64,000 nt of DNA. Source: Candidatus Latescibacterota bacterium (GTDB lineage: Bacteria > Latescibacterota > UBA2968). A program made the position numbers and the translations under genes. Under the pieces are notes generated by a model. The model had not been told where the DNA came from, searched no databases, and saw only the letters and a list, made by a program, of their open reading frames with translations. Location: NCBI GenBank assembly GCA_965207885.1, contig OZ242311.1, positions 4,320,001 to 4,384,000 on the forward strand. Reading direction: 5' to 3'. Positions 56,638-64,000 of the stretch are shown here, piece after piece. Every line of letters begins with the position of its first letter. The stretch's first letter is position 1.

Positions 56638-57477
56638 ATGAAAGACACACACATAAACGGCTCTCGCGACTGTACTCAGCTTCAAGATAGACTAAAAGCG
56701 CGAGGCAACCTGCCGTCGCATATTGCGATAATTATGGATGGCAATGGGCGGTGGGCGCAACAGCGAGATTTGCGCCGCACAGATGGGCATCGGTCTGCCC
56801 GCGAAACTGTGCGCGATATTGTGCGTGCCTGTGGCGAACTCGAAATAGATATTCTCACCCTGTTCACCTTTGGCACAGACAATTGGCGTCGCCCCTGGTC
56901 AGAAGTATTGTCACTGATGCAATTGTTGCGTGACTGTTCACACGAAGAACTCAATGAATTGCAGGAAAACAACGTGCGTCTCATTGCAACCGGCGATACG
57001 GATCGGTTGGTCAAGCACTCGCGTAAAGCACTTGAAAATGCCATTCGCGAAACGGCTAACAATACGGGGCTTACGCTTAATCTCGCATTGAGCTACGACG
57101 GCAAAAGCGATATTCTTCAAGCCGTGCAAAGCATTGCTGCCGACATCGCACAGGGACGCATTTCACCAGACGCTATTGATGCCAACTTATTTTCCAAACG
57201 CCTTTATACAGGTGATTTGCCCGATCCCGATTTGCTGATTCGCACCAGCGGCGAAGTGCGCTTGAGTAATTTTATGCTCTGGCAATGTGCTTATACCGAA
57301 TTCTGGTTTACAGATGTGCTGTGGCCCGATTTTAAGCGCAAGCACCTCTACGAAGCCATCCGCAGTTATCAAAATCGAGAACGGCGGTTTGGCAAAACAG
57401 GACTTCAATTGCGCGATGAAACGCTCGCAAGCAAAACCAATGGGTCTTCGGAGGACTTGTGGCAAAGTCCAATCTAA
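56638..57477 (+). CDS. uppS: Undecaprenyl diphosphate synthase
   Basis: HIAIIMDGNGRWA, NWRRP, DLLIRTSGEVRLSNFMLWQ, RERRFG. Confidence 0.95.
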   Translation: MKDTHINGSRDCTQLQDRLKARGNLPSHIAIIMDGNGRWAQQRDLRRTDGHRSARETVRDIVRACGELEIDILTLFTFGTDNWRRPWSEVLSLMQLLRDCSHEELNELQENNVRLIATGDTDRLVKHSRKALENAIRETANNTGLTLNLALSYDGKSDILQAVQSIAADIAQGRISPDAIDANLFSKRLYTGDLPDPDLLIRTSGEVRLSNFMLWQCAYTEFWFTDVLWPDFKRKHLYEAIRSYQNRERRFGKTGLQLRDETLASKTNGSSEDLWQSPI

Positions 57478-58286
57478 TTCAGCGCGTGTTGGCAGCCGCA
57501 GTTTTTGGTCCAGTTTTGGTGGTGCTATTCTGGTTGGGTGACTATTGGCTATTTGTGATGTGGTGCGGCGTGGTCTCTGTAGGAACCTGGGAATTTTATC
57601 GCATGCTATCGCAGAAAGGGCTGCAACCCTGGACGGGATTTGGCATTATTATATCTCTCTCCTGGTGTGCTGTGGCATTTGTTATTGGGCCAAATGCTTT
57701 CGTATTTTTTTTTCTCGTATTATTGCTTTTGATGTTTAGCATAGCCCTGTTTCGAGACACCACAGGCCATCGCCTGCTCAATGCGGGTGGCACGCTCTTA
57801 GGGGTACTTTATGTCGGTTTTTTGGGCAGTTTTGTTCTCATAGTGAGAAACACATTACCCGTTGGCGCGTCAGAACTTGCTGTTCTTATTTTACTGGGGA
57901 TTTGGGCCAATGATACAATGGCCTATTTTTTTGGGCGGTGGTTTGGCCGATGGCATCCCTTTCCCACAATCAGCGCGGCTAAGACCGAAGCAGGATTCAT
58001 CGGAGGTCTTCTATCCGCACTTTTGGTCACAGGACTCGGTGGACAGGTACTCGGACTGTTTAATATAGCCCAAAGCCTCATACTCGGCCTTCTCATAGGC
58101 ATTGGGGCATCTTTGGGGGATCTCGTTGAATCCATGATCAAACGCGACATGGACGTCAAAGATACATCGGAATTGATCCCCGGGCACGGTGGCGCCCTGG
58201 ATCGCTTTGACAGTACTTTTTTTGTTTTTCCACTCGTCTATCTTTATTTTCAACTGATAGCCAGTACCTCACCGGTGTTGGACTAA
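57459..58286 (+). CDS. cdsA: Phosphatidate cytidylyltransferase
   Basis: DTMAYFFG, GDLVESMIKR..KD..IPGHGGALDRFDS; multiple TM segments. Confidence 0.92.
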   Translation: MAKSNLIQRVLAAAVFGPVLVVLFWLGDYWLFVMWCGVVSVGTWEFYRMLSQKGLQPWTGFGIIISLSWCAVAFVIGPNAFVFFFLVLLLLMFSIALFRDTTGHRLLNAGGTLLGVLYVGFLGSFVLIVRNTLPVGASELAVLILLGIWANDTMAYFFGRWFGRWHPFPTISAAKTEAGFIGGLLSALLVTGLGGQVLGLFNIAQSLILGLLIGIGASLGDLVESMIKRDMDVKDTSELIPGHGGALDRFDSTFFVFPLVYLYFQLIASTSPVLD

Positions 58287-58291
58287 TTTTT

Positions 58292-59446
58292 ATGGTAAAA
58301 CGCGTTGCCCTTCTCGGATCCACAGGCTCTATCGGCACAAACACGCTACGTGTTCTGAATAGCCTATCCGACCGATTTGAACTGGTGAGTTTATGTGCCG
58401 GACGCAATGCCGAGTTGCTGTGCGAACAAGCCGAGCGCTGGCGTCCTAAGCGCGTTTGTATTGCCCAGGGGGCAAAAGAGGTGCAGGCGCGTCTCGCACC
58501 ACTGGGTATTGAAGTGCTCGAAGGCAGCGCGGGCTTGCAGGACCTGTCTGTCGATCCCGATACCGACCTGATCATTAATGGCCTGGCGGCAGGCGTGGGA
58601 CTGCGCCCTACGCTATCTGCTGTGCGCGCAGGCAAAGATGTGGCAATTGCCAACAAAGAGACACTGGTTGTCGCAGGGCATCTGGTAACTGATTGGGCAA
58701 AACAGACCGGCGCCACATTATTGCCGATCGACAGTGAGACAACGCCGCTGTGGCAATCGTTGCAAGAGACGAACCGAGACGAGGTCAAACGCATTTTACT
58801 GCCCGCCTCGGGCGGCCCTTTTTTTGACTATACGCAAAAGCAAATGGCGAGTGTTTCACGCGATCAGGCACTCAATCACCCCACCTGGCAGATGGGACCA
58901 AAAATTACGATTGACTCGGCCACATTGATGAATAAAGGCTTTGAAGTGATCGAAGCACAGTGGTTTCTCGATTTGCCAGTCTCGAAAATCGATGTAATTA
59001 TCCATCGACAGTCTATTGTGCATTGTCTTATCGAATATGTGGATGGCGGCATGATGGCGCACCTGAGCACACCCGATATGCAGTTGCCCATTCATCAGGC
59101 TCTGGTACATCCCGAAAAGCTGCCCACACAGGTTGAACCTCTGGACCTGACAAAGGTCGGCACATTGAGTTTTTTTCAGCCCGATACAGAGCGATTCCCC
59201 TGTCTTCAATTGGCATATCAAGCCGTAGAACAGGGCGGAACTGCGCCCGCTACACTCAACGCTGCCAATGAAGTCGCCGTGTATGCTTTTCTCGATGGCC
59301 GCATCGGATTTCTCGACATCCCGCGTGTGATTGCACAAGCCCTTGATGAGCACGAGGCAGGCGAAGACACTCTCGAGGCGATCTTTGACGCAGACCGCTG
59401 GGGACGAGACCGCGCAAATGAGCTGATTTGTTCACTTGAATCATAG
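58292..59446 (+). CDS. dxr: 1-deoxy-D-xylulose-5-phosphate reductoisomerase
   Basis: LGSTGSIG, ANKE, PIDSE, ASGGPF, HPTWQMGPKITIDSATLMNKG, NAANE. Confidence 0.93.
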   Translation: MVKRVALLGSTGSIGTNTLRVLNSLSDRFELVSLCAGRNAELLCEQAERWRPKRVCIAQGAKEVQARLAPLGIEVLEGSAGLQDLSVDPDTDLIINGLAAGVGLRPTLSAVRAGKDVAIANKETLVVAGHLVTDWAKQTGATLLPIDSETTPLWQSLQETNRDEVKRILLPASGGPFFDYTQKQMASVSRDQALNHPTWQMGPKITIDSATLMNKGFEVIEAQWFLDLPVSKIDVIIHRQSIVHCLIEYVDGGMMAHLSTPDMQLPIHQALVHPEKLPTQVEPLDLTKVGTLSFFQPDTERFPCLQLAYQAVEQGGTAPATLNAANEVAVYAFLDGRIGFLDIPRVIAQALDEHEAGEDTLEAIFDADRWGRDRANELICSLES

Positions 59447-59460
59447 AAACGAGGTTTCCC

Positions 59461-60786
59461 GTGATCGTCGATCTTCTCTACTTCCTTTTTGTCTTAGGCG
59501 TGCTGGTTTTTGTTCACGAACTCGGGCATTTTTTAGTCGCTAAAAAATCGGGCATCCGGGTTGAAACCTTTTCACTTGGCTTTCCACCCAAAGCGATAGG
59601 CGTGAAAATTGGCGAGACCGAATACTGCCTTTCGTGGTTGCCATTGGGCGGCTATGTGAAGATGGCCGGCATGGAAGATTTTGGTCACGAAGAGCGCAAG
59701 GGTAAGCCATGGGAAGTTCAGGCGAAGCCGCGCTGGATACAAATGGCGGTGCTCATCGCTGGTCCAGCAATGAACTTTTTTCTTGGCTTTTTGCTATTGC
59801 TCATTTTGCGTATGTCGGCGGGCGAATACGCATTTTTGGACGATTCGCGCGTGGGTGAAGTTAAGACAGACTCGCCCTTGTATACGGCTGGGCTAAGGCC
59901 AGGAGACCGCATTTTGACCGTTGGAAATACAGCGGTAAATGACTGGGAAGAAATGGTAGATGCGTTTCTCCTTCAGACCGGTGACGTGGTGCCCGTTGAA
60001 ATTGAACGAATATCCGCCTACCGATCAGACATGACCGAGCGAATGATGATCTCTGTCGATTTGACCTCGCTTCCCCGCGAAGATCTGGGACTGGGATATT
60101 ATATGACCACAGAGGTCGGAGCCATAATGCCTGGAATGCCAGCCGCAGAAATTGGACTGCAACCGGGCGATGTAATTACATCGGCCAATGGTGTTCCAGT
60201 GACAATGTGGTGGGAGATGAGCCGCGAGATTTCTGCACAACCCGGTGTGGAAATCTCATTGACCTGGCAGCGCAATGGTGAAGAGATGACGAAGCAGATT
60301 ATTCCCGCTTCTCAAACTTTTAATGGCGAAACCGTGGGGCGCATTGGCATTGACTCGGCTTCCAAACGCAATCCCATTCCCTTTTTTAAGGCCGTACGCC
60401 GCAGCGCAGCAGAAACCATCAATTTGTCAACGGCTATTTTTGGATTTGTCAAACGCCTGGTCATAGGGCAAGAATCCAGCAGTGCTCTGGCCGGACCTGT
60501 GGGGATTTTCCAGATGGTGGGCCAAAGTGCTGAGCGCGGTTTTTCCTATCTGCTGTGGTTTATGGCCATGCTCAGCATTAACCTGGGCGTACTCAACCTG
60601 TTGCCCATTCCCATGCTCGATGGTGGCCATCTCACCATTCTTGCGATTGAAAGCATGATTCGCCGAGATTTATCTGCGCGGCACAAAGCCTGGCTCCAAC
60701 AAGCTGGATTTGCATTTTTACTCTTCCTGATTATTTACGTAACCTTCAACGATATCGGACGCATTTCCGGATGGTTTGGAAACTAA
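59461..60786 (+). CDS. rseP: RIP metalloprotease RseP
   Basis: HELGH, AGPAMN, two PDZ-like domains, NLLPIPMLDGG. Confidence 0.93.
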   Translation: MIVDLLYFLFVLGVLVFVHELGHFLVAKKSGIRVETFSLGFPPKAIGVKIGETEYCLSWLPLGGYVKMAGMEDFGHEERKGKPWEVQAKPRWIQMAVLIAGPAMNFFLGFLLLLILRMSAGEYAFLDDSRVGEVKTDSPLYTAGLRPGDRILTVGNTAVNDWEEMVDAFLLQTGDVVPVEIERISAYRSDMTERMMISVDLTSLPREDLGLGYYMTTEVGAIMPGMPAAEIGLQPGDVITSANGVPVTMWWEMSREISAQPGVEISLTWQRNGEEMTKQIIPASQTFNGETVGRIGIDSASKRNPIPFFKAVRRSAAETINLSTAIFGFVKRLVIGQESSSALAGPVGIFQMVGQSAERGFSYLLWFMAMLSINLGVLNLLPIPMLDGGHLTILAIESMIRRDLSARHKAWLQQAGFAFLLFLIIYVTFNDIGRISGWFGN

Positions 60787-60807
60787 AGCTCCAGCCCACC
60801 TGTTAGA

Positions 60808-60843
60808 TAAAATCCCCCGCATTTTTTGTGGGGGATTTTTTTA
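60808..60843. terminator. Terminator hairpin
   Basis: AAAATCCCCCGCA..TGTGGGGGATTTTTT. Confidence 0.65.
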
Positions 60844-60865
60844 TTTGCAACCAGTCCACAGCCTC

Positions 60866-61225
60866 TCACTTCTCACCTTTCTTTGTCGTCTTTTGAAATG
60901 CCTTCATCTCACGCTCTGCTGCCTCGCCAAATCGCTGCTGAATCAGGGCAATGAGCGCATCCCATTTTTCGGGGTGATCCCGACGATCTTTGAGAAATTT
61001 CTCAATATCGGCTTGTGTAATACCATGGCGTTTGAACAGTTTTTCTCGTTCCACCAGCAATGAATCGGACGCGTGTACATAACGGTGGTGAAGTTCCAAC
61101 GCGTCTGCAAATAGCTCGATAAATTTTTTATCCGATAGCTTTGGCGATGCCCCGGGGTACAACTGTTCATCGGGCGCGCATCCGACCGTGCCGAGTACAA
61201 CACACCAGAGGAGCAATCTTTTCAT
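60866..61225 (-). CDS. Hypothetical lipoprotein (DUF4296-like)
   Basis: Lipobox TVGC; LFKRHGITQADI..PEKW. Confidence 0.6.
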   Translation of the reverse strand: MKRLLLWCVVLGTVGCAPDEQLYPGASPKLSDKKFIELFADALELHHRYVHASDSLLVEREKLFKRHGITQADIEKFLKDRRDHPEKWDALIALIQQRFGEAAEREMKAFQKTTKKGEK

Positions 61226-61328
61226 AACAGAGTTCCAGGGAGAATCCCACAGAGGTCCTTCCGCAATTCCCTCAAAGTACGCCACAATAACGCATATATA
61301 AATAACTTATTTTTTCTATATAAAACAA

Positions 61329-61393
61329 TTGACTTTTGAAACGCGAATTACTAATTTAAGCCAAGTGGCATATTGTGGTGGATTGTGGTGGAT
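61329..61393 (+). promoter_or_regulatory. mraZ promoter with three MraZ-type GTGG boxes
   Basis: TTGACT-N17-TAATTT followed by aaGTGGcata ttGTGGtgga ttGTGGtgga (10-bp period). Confidence 0.75.
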
Positions 61394-61451
61394 TTTAATT
61401 TTTTATATATTACTTTGAAAAATAACAACTTAGCTCCCTCAGGCCTCTCAG

Positions 61452-61898
61452 ATGTCCGATAACTGCCCAGAGTTTTATGGCGACTTTGAAAATATCCCCA
61501 TCGATACCAAGGGTCGCTTAATTGTCCCAGCAGCGTTTCGGAACGCACTGCCCAATGGCGTAAGTTCAATTATTGTCACGCAGTGGTTTGATGGCTGTTT
61601 GGCCGCGTTTGACCCCGATGGATGGCGGCGGATCATTGATCAACTCCGCAACATGGGACACTCGCAAGTTCAGTCAAGACAATTAGTTAGAGCAATGGCG
61701 GGGCGTGCATCTGAAGTAAAACTCGACCGCCAGGGGCGTGCATTGATCCCCCGAAAACGTCTGGATTCGGTCGGTATTACAGATCGGGCAACGCTGGCAG
61801 GCGCCGTTGATTGTATTGAAATTTGGGATCCGGATAAGTATAACGAAGCCCAAAATGCCGTCAATATGGAAGAGATAGCAGAAGGTTTAGAACGGTAG
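61452..61898 (+). CDS. mraZ: Division/cell wall cluster transcriptional repressor MraZ
   Basis: IDTKGRLIVP..FR, LDRQGRALIP, IEIWD. Confidence 0.92.
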   Translation: MSDNCPEFYGDFENIPIDTKGRLIVPAAFRNALPNGVSSIIVTQWFDGCLAAFDPDGWRRIIDQLRNMGHSQVQSRQLVRAMAGRASEVKLDRQGRALIPRKRLDSVGITDRATLAGAVDCIEIWDPDKYNEAQNAVNMEEIAEGLER

Positions 61899-61975
61899 GA
61901 AATATTCCAAAATTAGGAATAAATATTCAGAATAAATATTCGAATATTTGATAATTAAATTAAAAACAATAAGTT

Positions 61976-62950
61976 ATGCACTACAAAGCCCCAGAGTATC
62001 ACGTTCCAATCTTGGGGCCAGATGTGTCAAAATATCTCATAACCGATCCCAATGGAATTTATGTCGATGCCACCTTGGGAGGGGGCGGACACGCTGAAAT
62101 TATGCTGAACCAACTGGGACCTGATGGCAAATTGATCGGCATTGACCGCGATCCCAAAGCTATCGAAGTCGCGGCAAAACGCCTGACTCCATTCAAAGAT
62201 CGCGTTTATACAATGCAAGCACCGTTTTGGAATCTCCGACACATTCTGGCCGAACATGGCCTTGAGACAATTACAGGCATTTTATTTGATCTGGGGATCT
62301 CATCTCACCAGATTGACAATGCCGACCGGGGGTTCAGCTTTCAACAACGCGGTGCGCTTGATATGCGTATGGGACCCGATGCAAAATGCACTGCCCACGA
62401 GGTGGTCAATTCGTATTCGCAGGAAAATTTGACCCGCGTCATTAAAACTTATGGTGAAGAACGCGCTGCTGCCCGCATTGCCCGGGCAATTTGTGAAAAC
62501 AGACCTCTTAATTATACAGACGATCTGGCCGATGTAATTGTGCGGCACAGTTATGGTCCTCGAAAGCAAAAGACGCTTGCGCGGGTATTTCAGGCGCTTC
62601 GCATTGAAGTGAACGACGAACTGACACACCTTGAAGACGCTCTTCAAACAGCTATTGATCTGCTCAAACCCGGTGGGCGCATTGGTGTTTTGTCTTACCA
62701 TTCGCTGGAACACCGCGCTGTCAAACGGGTTTTTGAACTGGGCACGCGCGATTGTATCGGACCTGTGGATCTGCCTTTATGCGCGTGTGATCGCCTGCCT
62801 GTATTGACCTTACCGAGAAAGCGAGCCATTCGACCAAATCGGGCGGAAATCGCCAAAAATCCACGGGCACGTAGCGCAACACTTCGCATGGCGCAACGCC
62901 TTGATGTTTCCGCTCAGCCCTGGTTATGCCATCAAGGACTACTGTCGTGA
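61976..62950 (+). CDS. rsmH: 16S rRNA m4C1402 methyltransferase
   Basis: VDATLGGGGH, FDLGISSHQ, LDMRM, FQALRIEVNDEL, SYHSLE, NPRARSA. Confidence 0.95.
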   Translation: MHYKAPEYHVPILGPDVSKYLITDPNGIYVDATLGGGGHAEIMLNQLGPDGKLIGIDRDPKAIEVAAKRLTPFKDRVYTMQAPFWNLRHILAEHGLETITGILFDLGISSHQIDNADRGFSFQQRGALDMRMGPDAKCTAHEVVNSYSQENLTRVIKTYGEERAAARIARAICENRPLNYTDDLADVIVRHSYGPRKQKTLARVFQALRIEVNDELTHLEDALQTAIDLLKPGGRIGVLSYHSLEHRAVKRVFELGTRDCIGPVDLPLCACDRLPVLTLPRKRAIRPNRAEIAKNPRARSATLRMAQRLDVSAQPWLCHQGLLS

Positions 62951-63240
62951 CTTCAGAACCGCGCCCACCCTGGGGGATTTATCGCTCTGGTTTTTTATCG
63001 ATTATTCTCCTCGTTGCAGGATTACTGATTTATATGTGGGGACATGTGCAAACCCTGAGTCAGGGGCGTGAAATTGATCGGCTGAGTGAAGAGCGAAAAA
63101 ATCTTTTGAACCAGCAAGAGCGACTCCTGGCACGTACAGCGAGTTTGAAGCAGAGCAATCGCATTCGCGATATTGCCGTTCGAGAATTGGGCATGGTGTT
63201 CCCAAGTGATCCACCAAAAAATTTGTATTTGAGTCGATAA
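62947..63240 (+). CDS. ftsL: Cell division protein FtsL
   Basis: Single TM plus coiled coil, RIRDIAVRELGM; position between rsmH and ftsI; start uncertain. Confidence 0.8.
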   Translation: MTSEPRPPWGIYRSGFLSIILLVAGLLIYMWGHVQTLSQGREIDRLSEERKNLLNQQERLLARTASLKQSNRIRDIAVRELGMVFPSDPPKNLYLSR

Positions 63241-64000
63241 TGAATAACCGCTTAAGAATAATCGCGTTTTTCTGTATGGGATTCGCACTACTTTTGGCGT
63301 TTCGGTTGGTTTCTCTACAAGTCTGGTCGGTAGAGACATACGCAGACCAGGCGCGCAGTCAGCATGTCAAGAAGCGGGTTTTACTGGCAGAAAGAGGACG
63401 CATTTTTGACCGACGCGGTCGGGTGCTGGCGACAAGTCTCGAATCCCAATCGTTCTTTCTCAATCAAATATCCGATAGAGACAGTCTGCGTGCGCTCGCC
63501 GTTCGGTTTTCTCAACAATCCGGACATGATGAGGCATCTCTCCTTGAAAAGGTAGATCGCTCGCGCTCCTTCGTATGGCTGGCTCGTCAGGTCATCGATG
63601 CACCGACCGGATTGCCAGAGGGGATCGGGCGCATTGTCGAGATGAGGCGCAATTATCCCATGGGTGCTCTGGCGGGTCAGGTATTGGGATATACCGATAC
63701 CGATGGACAGGGAATCGAAGGGATTGAACGCGCTTTTGATCCAATCTTGAGAGGCGAACCAGGGGAGTTATCCGCGCGCGTTGATGCGCGAGGACAAATG
63801 CTCAGCACACTCGGCGCAGTTCGGCAGATGCCTAAAAATGGCGATGACATCACGCTTACCATCGATGCCGATTATCAGGCTATTGCAGAAGAAGAGTTGC
63901 TAAAAGGCATGCAGAAATTCAATGCCAAAAGCGGCATTGCCATTGTGATGGAACCCCATACGGGCGAAATTTTAGCACTGGCAAACGCGCCCTTTTACGA
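63240..64000 (+). CDS. ftsI: Penicillin-binding protein FtsI/PBP3, partial at right edge
   Basis: Manual translation MNNRLRII..RLVSLQV..AERGRIFDRRGRVLA..RRNYPMG..GIEGIE..LTIDADYQ..MEPHTGEILALA. Confidence 0.9.
   Translation, partial: MNNRLRIIAFFCMGFALLLAFRLVSLQVWSVETYADQARSQHVKKRVLLAERGRIFDRRGRVLATSLESQSFFLNQISDRDSLRALAVRFSQQSGHDEASLLEKVDRSRSFVWLARQVIDAPTGLPEGIGRIVEMRRNYPMGALAGQVLGYTDTDGQGIEGIERAFDPILRGEPGELSARVDARGQMLSTLGAVRQMPKNGDDITLTIDADYQAIAEEELLKGMQKFNAKSGIAIVMEPHTGEILALANAPFY

Overview
Bacterial chromosomal window. The gene content (EF-hand/dockerin-like secreted proteins, internalin-like LRR proteins, several PhyH, Gfo/Idh/MocA and enolase-superfamily paralogs, a sulfatase) suggests a sponge-associated or marine heterotroph such as Ca. 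Latescibacterota or a Gemmatimonadota relative; this taxonomy is inference. 1-9 kb: accessory locus with a partial LRR gene, an integrase remnant and a minus-strand array of secreted DUF4189/MORN-variant proteins plus orphan C-terminal cassettes. The array has a near-perfect sigma54 promoter, an IHF-like site and three palindromic enhancer-like sites, and faces a divergent 1071-aa soluble beta-propeller/Y_Y_Y/sigma54 AAA+ activator; this is the best candidate for an undescribed system. 9-32 kb: large acid-sugar/small-molecule catabolic region with five enolase-superfamily genes, two of them a tandem duplication. 32-39 kb: dppA separated from dppBC by a ~3.9 kb island (LRR, MNT-HEPN fusion, putative toxin/immunity pair). 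39-64 kb: mostly housekeeping (M16 peptidase pair, lysine riboswitch-dapAB-transaldolase-like, hrcA-grpE-dnaJ, glnA, uppS-cdsA-dxr-rseP, mraZ-rsmH-ftsL-ftsI) plus a temptin-like CxxCH protein. No tRNA, rRNA or CRISPR array was seen.
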